Shown: positions 36,291-44,701 of the stretch, piece by piece
How the letters are laid out: every line of letters begins with the position of its first letter
Position numbering within the stretch: position 1 is the stretch's first letter
From: Candidatus Acidiferrum sp.
GTDB lineage: Bacteria > Verrucomicrobiota > Verrucomicrobiia > Limisphaerales > UBA8199
Length of the DNA stretch: 64,000 nucleotides
NCBI GenBank assembly: GCA_035541055.1
Contig: DATKNZ010000297.1
Coordinates: forward strand, 46 to 64,045
Direction: 5' to 3'
Translations under genes and position numbers: made by a program
Notes under the pieces: generated by a model
What the model saw: the letters and a program-made list of their open reading frames with translations, nothing else
What the model was told of the DNA's origin: nothing
Databases searched by the model: none

Positions 36291-37718
36291 ATGACTGCCC
36301 CCGACATCAACTCCAGTCCGCGCATCCTCATCGTGGACGACAACCCGAGCATCCACCGCGACTTCGACCTCGTGCTGCTCGAAAGCTCGGAGAACGCGGA
36401 ATTGGAAGCCGATGAGCGGCGCCTGTACGGCAGGGCTGCCAAGCCCGCCTTGCTGAAGCCGCCCTACACGGTGGACCACGCCCTGTCCGGCCTCGAAGGG
36501 GTCGAGAAGGTCGCGCAAGCCCTGGCGGCGGAACGTCCTTACCAGTTAGCCTTTGTGGACATTCGCATGCCCGGCATAGACGGCGTGGAAACCATCCAAC
36601 GCATTTGGGAGAAGGACCCTCGTGTGCAGGTCGTCATCTGCACCGCCTTCGCGGATTATTCCTGGGAGGACCTCGTGCGCCGGTGGGGCCAGACCGACAA
36701 GCTGCTCGTGCTTAAGAAGCCCTTCGACAGCATCGAGGTCATCCTCCTGGCCAGCACCCTGACGGAGAAATGGTCGCTCGCCCGGCAGGCAACGCTGAAG
36801 CAGGAAGAAATGGAGCGACTCGTGGCGCGGCGCACCCAGCGACTCCTGGAACTGCAACCGCGCGAGGCACCCGCTGAAGCTGCGGTCGTTCAGGGGACCG
36901 ATGGCACGGCCGACAGCAGAGAGTTGCCACTGATGCTGTTGGTGGCCAGCGATCCGGCGGTCAGCGCGCAGGTGACCCAAGGTCTCGGCAACCTGTACCA
37001 GATCATGAAGGCCCAGGACGGCGAAGAGGGCTGGCGCCAGGCGCAGGAGCTGGTGCCCGACCTGGTCATAGCCGAACTGGCCTTGCCGCGGTTGGACGGG
37101 GCGGCGCTCTGCCGCGCGGTGAAAGGCACGGAAATGACGAGCCACATTCCCGTCATCCTGGTTGCCCCGCAGGGGCGGGAGGGCTCGCAAGCCCGCGCGC
37201 TGGAGGCCCGCGCCGACCATTGCCTCCCCCAACCATTAAGCCTGACGGTGCTAAAGGCACGCGTGGACGATCTGCTGCGGTCCGGCAGCAAGGCGAAGGA
37301 CGAAGCCGGCACGGATGCCAGCCTGCCTGCCAGTCGGCTGGCCGTGACCCAGGCCGACGCCCAGTTCCTGAAGCGCGCCATGGCTGCCGTGGACCGGCAC
37401 CTGTCGGACTTTGAATTCGACGTCGAGGTGCTGGCAAAGCGCATGGCCGTCAGCCGCCGCCAACTGTTCCGCAAGCTGAAGGCCGTGCCCGGCACTACGC
37501 CCAACGCCCTCATCCGATCCATGCGCTTGAAGCGCGCCGCCCATCTGCTCCAGGAATCCGAGATGACGGTCACCGAGATCACCTATGCCGTCGGTTTCTC
37601 GGACTTGAAGCATTTCCGCACCGTGTTCAAGGAGCAGTTTGGGGTGTTGCCCGGCGACTATCCCCGAAAAGGCGCGGACGGCGTCAGTGGTCAACCAACC
37701 GAGCATGGAAATCCCTAA
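36291..37718 (+). CDS. Response regulator with two receiver domains and a C-terminal AraC/XylS HTH
   Basis: ILIVDDNP...FVDIRMPGIDG; second REC PDLVIAELALPRLDG; HTH LKHFRTVFKEQFGVLPGDY. Confidence 0.85.
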   Translation: MTAPDINSSPRILIVDDNPSIHRDFDLVLLESSENAELEADERRLYGRAAKPALLKPPYTVDHALSGLEGVEKVAQALAAERPYQLAFVDIRMPGIDGVETIQRIWEKDPRVQVVICTAFADYSWEDLVRRWGQTDKLLVLKKPFDSIEVILLASTLTEKWSLARQATLKQEEMERLVARRTQRLLELQPREAPAEAAVVQGTDGTADSRELPLMLLVASDPAVSAQVTQGLGNLYQIMKAQDGEEGWRQAQELVPDLVIAELALPRLDGAALCRAVKGTEMTSHIPVILVAPQGREGSQARALEARADHCLPQPLSLTVLKARVDDLLRSGSKAKDEAGTDASLPASRLAVTQADAQFLKRAMAAVDRHLSDFEFDVEVLAKRMAVSRRQLFRKLKAVPGTTPNALIRSMRLKRAAHLLQESEMTVTEITYAVGFSDLKHFRTVFKEQFGVLPGDYPRKGADGVSGQPTEHGNP

Positions 37719-37884
37719 AACCGTCCAGTGCCCGTATTGCGGGCAGAACCGCGACCTGCTCCTGGACACGAGCATTCCGGAGCAGCGCTTCGTAACCGAC
37801 TGTGAGGTGTGCTGCCGCCCGTTCGAAGTGCTTGCGGAATGTGAACCTGGCGAAGTCCTGAGCCTGGAGGTAAGGGGCGGCTAG
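37705..37884 (+). CDS. CPXCG-motif cysteine-rich small protein
   Basis: VQCPYCG ... DCEVCCRPF. 59 aa, overlapping the regulator 3' end by 14 nt. Confidence 0.65.
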   Translation: MEIPKTVQCPYCGQNRDLLLDTSIPEQRFVTDCEVCCRPFEVLAECEPGEVLSLEVRGG

Positions 37885-37919
37885 CCGCAATGCCTTTCGA
37901 GGGGGCTTCCCACATGCTT

Positions 37920-38034
37920 ATCACCCCGTCACCTCTCCGTAGCCCCTCCGGAACCACACCGTCGTACCTCTAATAGGCTATTAGAGGTACGACGGTGTGG
38001 TTCCGGAGGGGTTACGGAGAGGTGACGGGGTGAT
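37920..38034. repeat. 115-bp near-perfect palindrome (57-bp arms, 1 G-T mismatch, single-nt centre at 37977)
   Basis: atcaccccgtcacctctccgtagcccctccggaaccacaccgtcgtacctctaatag-g-ctattagaggtacgacggtgtggttccggaggggttacggagaggtgacggggtgat. Confidence 0.9.
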
Positions 38035-38274
38035 ATCAGAATGCAAACGACGCAGAGACAGGCCCTTTCATAGAATGCCGGGTGTCCGCTAGTGGAAACA
38101 GGAGGCGAACCATTGGTGAGCGCCTACCTCCGTCCGTTCTTGGCACGATTTCCCCCTGATTTTGGCACGAAATGCCCGCGACATATGCCGGGGTTTTCGG
38201 CATTCTGGCCCGGTAATGATGAGCCGCAAACACGACGGACAGCAATGACCGATCACCTCAAACGCTCCCCTGAT

Positions 38275-41037
38275 ATGAAACGAATCCTCATCCCACTCGC
38301 GCTGGCCATATCAACGCCGGTGCTCAACCTGCAGGCGGCGGCCCCGACCTCGCCGACCACCGTCACCTGGGCAGGCGCCAACCACACCCCAACCAATCTC
38401 CTGTGGAGCGTGCCTGGCAATTGGAGCCTGAACCGCGTGCCCAGTTGCGCTGGAACCAATGCCTATGGCGACAAGGCGGATTTCAACTCCAGCACCCAAC
38501 CACCCTGTTTTCTGAACAGCGCGGCCCTGCCCTCCCAACTGGTCATGGGCGATGGCAACCCGAGCGTCCTGGTTATCCTCAGCGGTGGCAGCCTGTCCAC
38601 CAGCAACTACAGCGGCGTCAACTCCTACAACGCCATTGGCTACAGCTCGCTCGCCCGCCTGGAGCTGAGGAATGGAGGCAGCCTGGTCAGCAGCAACCAC
38701 CTCTGGATAGGCCTCAACAACAATGCCCGCGGCAATTTCGTGATGAACGGCGGGACGGCCTCTGTCCTGGGCATGACCGGCCTGGGCTGGAGCGGGGGCA
38801 TCGGCATCCTGCAGGTCAATGGCGGGACGCTGAACCTGGCCCAGTGGAGTGACACGGCTTCAATCTCGGCGCTTTCCCAGTTGGACATCCGGGAGGGCAC
38901 GGTAAACATCACAGGTGACCACACGGCTTCCATCGCTAACTACATTGCCGGCGGTCAGCTCACCGGCTATGGCGGCGTCGGAACGGTGAGTTATTCCCTG
39001 GTCACCAATGCAACCTCTACCCAGACGGTGGTCACCGCTACCGCTGCGCCGGGGGCCGGGGGACCTTATGCGCCAGGCACATGGCCGACCAATATCAATC
39101 CGAACCTGGTGGTGCATTACTGGACGGTGGATCCGTCGTTGCCCCAGCCCAATGCGAACTGGAATAACTGCCTGGGCCTGGTTGCGGGCGGCGACCAGGC
39201 AACAACGCCCGTCACGCTCCAAGGCTTAGCCGGCCAGCAGGCCACCCAGCCCAATATCAACGTCTATGACCAGAACTGGACCGTTTGGAACACCAATGGA
39301 CTCATTGATGTCCTGCTCAGCTTGTATGGCGACGCGAATATGCTGCGCTCGGCGGTAACGGACCCGAACCAGTGCCGGCGCTTCCAGTTCCTGGAAGGCA
39401 CGCTGCCGACCGATTCCTCCTCCACCGTCTATGGAAACAACCTGATTCCTACCAACGCCTACAATTCACAGTGGAACTGGTTGCTGTTCACGATCACCAA
39501 CAACCTTCAATCCAACCTGGTGGACCGGCTGGTGGGCTCGCTCCGCACTAACGCGACGGGTTCAACCAACTTCGGCGGCATCAACGGCGGCACTATCCGC
39601 CTGCAGGGGCCGGACAACAACATGCAGGGCATCACGGTCCGGGCAGTCGCCTTCGGCCAGCACGGGGCCTTCGGCACGGCGCCGGACATCAACCAGTTCG
39701 CGTTGCCCAACGGGTCCTGCCCGCCGGTGCTCGATGCCAACCTCGTCGGCATTGATATCAACGCCGGCACCAGCAACTACCTGCAGGTCATCAATGATCC
39801 GGCAACCGACCAGGGCGTCACCTACGTCAGCAACCTCGGGCCGCCAACCGACCAACGAAAAGCGGTCATCCCGACCGGCGATTACCTCAATTTCGGCATT
39901 CTCAGCAACTACCTGGGGCAAGCCTGCAACGACAATGTCACCATGAAAGTCTGCGTGGACTACTACGATGACCCGGCCTACGCGGGCGGCATCACCATGT
40001 TCGGTCCCTATAATTATGCGACGGACAGTCTCGGGGACGTCGGGACCCTGCCCGGCGCAGACCTGGTGCTGCTGCAAGGCACCGGGCAATGGGTTCGCCG
40101 CTCGTGGACGATCTCCAACGTGAACCTGATGGGCGTGAACACGGCGCCGCTGACCGGCGGGCCGCAATTCTACTCGTTGAATGGCCAGGTGGCAGTTTCA
40201 CGCTGCGAGATAGCCGTCTTGCGCGCAGTGGGCCCGCTCGCCGGCCAGGACCCGCTGGCCACGTGCTGGCAGGATCCGAACATCTGCCTGGGCGTCTATG
40301 GCAATTATGCCGAGCTGGATCTGGCCAATGGCGTCACCAACGGCGTGGATGTGGGCACGTCCGGGGGCGACCAGACGGAGGTGGTCGAGATGGCCGGCCC
40401 CGCCGGCGACCAGCGCCTGTCGGTCAGCCCGAATTATGCGCCCTCCTATTATCTGAACTTCCAGATCCTCACCAACGCGCTGGGCCCGGACAGCCAGGGC
40501 AACGTTTACCTGGCCATGACGGCAACCTATTATGATGATCCGGCGCTGGCGGGCCTGACGTTCTGGCCGCAGGTCTGGCACGTCCAGCAATTCAACTCCA
40601 CCTCGTTCGCCTACATGAGTTCGACCAAGAGCATCGTGCTGCAAGGCACGGGGAAGTGGCGTGATGCGTATTGGGAAATCGGGAGCATTTTCCTCCAGGG
40701 TGTTGGCCAGGCCCATGCGGCGGCACGCTTCCAATGCAATGGCCCGCTGCACATCTGCCGAATCCGCTACGCGGTGATCCGGCCTTGCGGCGCCACCGCC
40801 GGCCAGAACCTGCTCAGCAACCCGGTGCCGCTGGCGGCCACGCCTGATACCAACGGCCTGGTGCGAGTGAGCTGGCCTTACCGGGCGCCGCAAGCCGCCC
40901 TGCAGGGCATCCCCGCTTTCGGCAGCGCCTGGGGCGCGGTGGGCGGCACCCCGGCCGTCGAAGGTGGAGATACGAGCGTGCTCCGCATCACCCCGGGCAC
41001 TAGCCAGTTCTATCGCCTGAATTTAACGCCTCAATAA
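38275..41037 (+). CDS. Large secreted protein: N-terminal beta-helix-like repeat region + internally repeated domains of unknown function
   Basis: Signal peptide MKRILIPLALAISTPVLNLQAAAP. GGSL/NGGT repeat region. Two clear internal repeats (YLNFGILSNYLG...VDYYDDPAYAG...LLQGTGQWVRRSW and YYLNFQILTNALG...ATYYDDPALAG...VLQGTGKWRDAYW). Confidence 0.6.
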   Translation: MKRILIPLALAISTPVLNLQAAAPTSPTTVTWAGANHTPTNLLWSVPGNWSLNRVPSCAGTNAYGDKADFNSSTQPPCFLNSAALPSQLVMGDGNPSVLVILSGGSLSTSNYSGVNSYNAIGYSSLARLELRNGGSLVSSNHLWIGLNNNARGNFVMNGGTASVLGMTGLGWSGGIGILQVNGGTLNLAQWSDTASISALSQLDIREGTVNITGDHTASIANYIAGGQLTGYGGVGTVSYSLVTNATSTQTVVTATAAPGAGGPYAPGTWPTNINPNLVVHYWTVDPSLPQPNANWNNCLGLVAGGDQATTPVTLQGLAGQQATQPNINVYDQNWTVWNTNGLIDVLLSLYGDANMLRSAVTDPNQCRRFQFLEGTLPTDSSSTVYGNNLIPTNAYNSQWNWLLFTITNNLQSNLVDRLVGSLRTNATGSTNFGGINGGTIRLQGPDNNMQGITVRAVAFGQHGAFGTAPDINQFALPNGSCPPVLDANLVGIDINAGTSNYLQVINDPATDQGVTYVSNLGPPTDQRKAVIPTGDYLNFGILSNYLGQACNDNVTMKVCVDYYDDPAYAGGITMFGPYNYATDSLGDVGTLPGADLVLLQGTGQWVRRSWTISNVNLMGVNTAPLTGGPQFYSLNGQVAVSRCEIAVLRAVGPLAGQDPLATCWQDPNICLGVYGNYAELDLANGVTNGVDVGTSGGDQTEVVEMAGPAGDQRLSVSPNYAPSYYLNFQILTNALGPDSQGNVYLAMTATYYDDPALAGLTFWPQVWHVQQFNSTSFAYMSSTKSIVLQGTGKWRDAYWEIGSIFLQGVGQAHAAARFQCNGPLHICRIRYAVIRPCGATAGQNLLSNPVPLAATPDTNGLVRVSWPYRAPQAALQGIPAFGSAWGAVGGTPAVEGGDTSVLRITPGTSQFYRLNLTPQ

Positions 41038-41103
41038 TCGCGGCTCTTGTAGGGACCGCCTGCCCGGCCAAAAGCCGGGCGGTCCGCTTGGTCCGGCTGG
41101 CAC

Positions 41104-43467
41104 ATGTCTGCCTCACTTTGCTCACGGTCTCCAGGCTGCCTGTGCCTGGCTCTCTTCGGCGGCCTGTGGCTAACAGCTCCTCGGGCTGCGGAGGCCCAGG
41201 CGCCGCAGACGGCGGTCAGACTCTCCAGCATAACGCCCGGCACCGAGTGCGCGCAGTTGGTCTATAACGGCGACTTCCAGTTGCAGGGCCCGGCGGGCGG
41301 CAACGGCCACCCGAACCCCAACGGGTGGACCCGGCAGGCTGATATGTTTGTCGGCGCTGGAACCAACCTGGTGCCGATGGACGCCGGCGTGGCCGCCCTG
41401 GCCTACGTGAGCAACTCGGCGTCCGTCGGCAGCTATCAACGCACCATCACGCTGCTGCCGGCCACTGATTACGTGCTCAGCGCCTACTTGTGGAACATGG
41501 GCGACTCGGCCAATCACGTCACGACGGTCATTGACCTGGACGATGTGCCCGGCGAACCGCAGATCACCTTGTCCTACAGCTCCGCCAATGCCGATCAAGG
41601 TTACTTCATCTACCGCGGTTTCAACACCACGAACACGGGCACGACGGTCACGCTGCGGGTCTTCTATGATGGACTGACGGGGACTGGCGCCGCGGCCAGT
41701 TACTACCCGCTGGCTGCCCAATGGGACAACGTGGCGATCACGGTGGCCACCAACTTCCTCGCGCCCCAGGCCGGCGGCAACCTCCGGCCCCTGGTCAGCC
41801 TGACCAACCTGCGCGATGGGACCAATGTCCTTCTGGAAACAGTGCCTGCCTTGCTCCCGCTGAGCGCGACGGCGACGGATTACGACGGGACCATCAGCAC
41901 CGTGGAGTTCTATGCGGGCACGGCCAAGGTGGGTCAGGCAACCGCCAGCCCGTACACGATTCTCTGGACCAATCCGCCTACCGGCTTTTACCAGATAACG
42001 GCCGTGGCAACGGACAACCAGGGCGCCAGCACGGTTTCTGCCCCGGCAGGCGTTTCGGTCTATACCTTGCCGCAGCCCGTTTCGCTGGCCATCGCCCGCC
42101 TGGGGACCAACATCCAGGTTTCCTGGCCCACCTCCGCCACCGGCTCCAGCCTCCTGTGGGCCTCGAATTCGCCGGCACGAGCCACCTGGCGGATCACTAC
42201 CAATGCCCCCGCCCTGAGCAACAGCCAGTACGCTGTCACCGTGTCGAACGCCGTGGGATCGCAGTACTTCCGGCTGGGCCCCGAGGTTGACGCCAGCACG
42301 CTGAGCAACAAGCTCATGATGGGCTACCAGGGCTGGTTCGCGTGCACCAATGACGGCTCACCGGGCAATCAATGGGAACACTGGTCGAGCAGCAAGACCC
42401 CGGTCGCCACCAACCTGGTCGTGGATTTCTGGCCGGACATTTCGGAGCTGGGCTCCAACGAGCTGTTCAGCACGGGCATGAAGTTGCCCGACGGCAGCCC
42501 CGCCCGGGTCTATTCGGCCTGGAACCAGACCACGGTCGCGCGCCACTTCAAATGGATGAAGGACAACCATTTGGATGGCGTCTTCCTGCAGCGCTTCGGC
42601 TCCGAGCTGTCTAATGCCACGCTCCTCCCCTTCCGCAACCAGGTGACCGTCAACGTCCGTATCGGCGCCGAGACCTATGGCCGGGTCTTCGCCATCATGT
42701 ATGACATCTCCGGCATGTCATCAAATGCGCTCCTCAGCACCCTGACCAACGACTGGCTTTACCTGGCCAACACCATGGGCATTACGAACAGCCCCAGCTA
42801 CGTCCGGCACAAGGGCAAGCCCGTGGTGGCGGTCTGGGGCTTCGGCTTTACCGACCGTCCCGGAACACCGCAGGATGCGACAAACCTCATCGCCTTCTTC
42901 AAAGCCGCCGGCTGCACCGTGATGGGCGGTGTGCCGACCTACTGGCGCACTCTCAGCAACGATTCCCAGACCAATCCCGCCTGGGCCACGGCTTACCGGT
43001 CCTTCGATATCATCAGCCCATGGTCGGTGGGCCGGTACGCAACCACCAACGACGTGGACAACTTCCAGCTCAACCAAATCATCCCCGACCTGCAGGACAC
43101 CAGGTCTCACGGCCTGGATTACATGCCGGTGATCTTTCCCGGCTTCTCGTGGCACAACCTGAATGGGGGCACGCTCAACCAAACCCCTCGCCTGGGTGGC
43201 GCCTTCTACTGGCGCCAGGTCTTCGATGCGATTGGCGCCGGCTGCAACATGCTTTACGGGGCGATGTTTGATGAGATGAACGAGGGCACCTCGATGCTCA
43301 AGATGGCGCCTACCGCCAACCAGCTCCCGGTAGGCGCTTCGCTGGTGCCGCTTAACGTAGATGGCTACGCGCTACCCAGCGACTGGTATCTGCAATTGGC
43401 CAATCAGGCGGGCAAGATGCTTCGCCACGAGATTCCTTTGCAGCCGCGCTTGCCGATCTCGCCATGA
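41104..43467 (+). CDS. Secreted multidomain protein: CBM-like jelly roll + Ig-like domain + GH99-like putative glycosidase domain (paralog 1)
   Basis: Signal-like N-terminus. YNGDFQLQG...GW CBM-type start. Ig-like ATDYDGTISTVEFYAG...[11 protein letters not shown]-terminal MMGYQGWF...DFWPDISE...MFDEMNEGT (compare the GH99 FNEWHEGT motif, recalled from memory). Confidence 0.5.
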   Translation: MSASLCSRSPGCLCLALFGGLWLTAPRAAEAQAPQTAVRLSSITPGTECAQLVYNGDFQLQGPAGGNGHPNPNGWTRQADMFVGAGTNLVPMDAGVAALAYVSNSASVGSYQRTITLLPATDYVLSAYLWNMGDSANHVTTVIDLDDVPGEPQITLSYSSANADQGYFIYRGFNTTNTGTTVTLRVFYDGLTGTGAAASYYPLAAQWDNVAITVATNFLAPQAGGNLRPLVSLTNLRDGTNVLLETVPALLPLSATATDYDGTISTVEFYAGTAKVGQATASPYTILWTNPPTGFYQITAVATDNQGASTVSAPAGVSVYTLPQPVSLAIARLGTNIQVSWPTSATGSSLLWASNSPARATWRITTNAPALSNSQYAVTVSNAVGSQYFRLGPEVDASTLSNKLMMGYQGWFACTNDGSPGNQWEHWSSSKTPVATNLVVDFWPDISELGSNELFSTGMKLPDGSPARVYSAWNQTTVARHFKWMKDNHLDGVFLQRFGSELSNATLLPFRNQVTVNVRIGAETYGRVFAIMYDISGMSSNALLSTLTNDWLYLANTMGITNSPSYVRHKGKPVVAVWGFGFTDRPGTPQDATNLIAFFKAAGCTVMGGVPTYWRTLSNDSQTNPAWATAYRSFDIISPWSVGRYATTNDVDNFQLNQIIPDLQDTRSHGLDYMPVIFPGFSWHNLNGGTLNQTPRLGGAFYWRQVFDAIGAGCNMLYGAMFDEMNEGTSMLKMAPTANQLPVGASLVPLNVDGYALPSDWYLQLANQAGKMLRHEIPLQPRLPISP

Positions 43468-44609
43468 CCCGCCGCGAGTTCGTTAAGATGGTGCTCGCCG
43501 GCACTGCCGGCCTGGGCCTGCTGCCCACGGCTACGCAGGCCGTCGAAAGAGAGGCCTTCGCCTTCCCCTTGTTGGGCGACCTGCACTTCGACAAGCTCGC
43601 CCGTCACGACCTCGAGGCGCTCCAGAAGGAGAAGCCCGACGACGTGCGCCAGGTTCGTGAATACAGCTCCCTCACGACGGACATCCTCCCGCGCCTGTTT
43701 CCGACGGTGCGTGAGACTGTATCCGCGTTGAATCGTTCATCTGCGACGACGGTGCCGTTCACGCTGCAGGTCGGGGACCTGGTCGAGGGCCTTTGCGGCA
43801 GCGCGGAACAGACGCAAAGGCTGGATGCCGACGCGCTCGCCTTCGTGCGGGAGGCTCGCTTGGGCGCGCCGTTCCTCTTCACCAAAGGCAACCATGACAT
43901 CACCGGTCCGGGGGCGGCGGACGCCTTCAAGAGTGTCTTCCAGCCCTTCCTGGGCGAGCAGGCGGCCGCTCTCGGTGGGGAGAGGAAGCTAGCTACAGCG
44001 CGTTACCGGATCGCCTACGGCAACGCGCTGTTTTGCTTCTTCGACGCCTACGACCGCGAGAGCCTGGGCTGGCTGGAGGCGGAGCTGGCGCGGCGCACGG
44101 CGCGGCATTGCTTCATCGTCATCCATCCGCCCGTAGTGCCCTACGGCGCACGGGCAACCTGGCACGTCTTTTCCAACCCGCGCGACAAGTCTCAGCGAGA
44201 TCGCCTGCTGGAACTGCTGGGCGAACACAATGCGTTTGTGCTGAGCGGCCACATCCACAAATACAACCTGCTGGTGCGCGCCACTCCACGCGGAGGCAAG
44301 TTCCTCCAGCTTGGGGTCAGCAGCGTCATCAGCGACCCGGCGCCCCAGCCGCAACACCTGCTCTCGGGCGTGAAAGCCTACAACAGCGACCAGGTGAGCG
44401 TGGAACCCAGCTTCTCGCCCTCGACCGAGGCGCAGCGGCGCGCGGTGTATGAGGCCGAAGCGCCTTCCGTGAAGCAGTTCCAATACGCCGACCTGCCCGG
44501 CTACGCGGTGGTGCAGGTCAGCGGGCCGCGGGTCACGGCCACCATCTATGCCGGCGTCGGGCGCCAAGCCTGGCGCACCCTGGCGCTGTCCGACCTGCTG
44601 GCGAGTTGA
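43464..44609 (+). CDS. Tat-exported calcineurin-like metallophosphoesterase
   Basis: MTRREFVKMVLAGTAGLGLL twin-arginine leader. LLGDLHFD, GNHD, SGHIH. Start overlaps the upstream stop (ATGA). Confidence 0.8.
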   Translation: MTRREFVKMVLAGTAGLGLLPTATQAVEREAFAFPLLGDLHFDKLARHDLEALQKEKPDDVRQVREYSSLTTDILPRLFPTVRETVSALNRSSATTVPFTLQVGDLVEGLCGSAEQTQRLDADALAFVREARLGAPFLFTKGNHDITGPGAADAFKSVFQPFLGEQAAALGGERKLATARYRIAYGNALFCFFDAYDRESLGWLEAELARRTARHCFIVIHPPVVPYGARATWHVFSNPRDKSQRDRLLELLGEHNAFVLSGHIHKYNLLVRATPRGGKFLQLGVSSVISDPAPQPQHLLSGVKAYNSDQVSVEPSFSPSTEAQRRAVYEAEAPSVKQFQYADLPGYAVVQVSGPRVTATIYAGVGRQAWRTLALSDLLAS

Positions 44610-44645
44610 AATATGAAGCCATCTGGGACGGCGCATCCGCACACT

Positions 44646-44701
44646 ATTGCGTGTTGCGTGTTGCGTGGGCACTCAACACGCAACAGGCAATACGCAACAA
44701 T
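44646..44701. repeat. Family-D hairpin element
   Basis: attgcgtgttgcgtgttgcgtgggcactcaacacgcaacaggcaatacgcaacaat, immediately upstream of the ATG at 44700. Confidence 0.75.
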
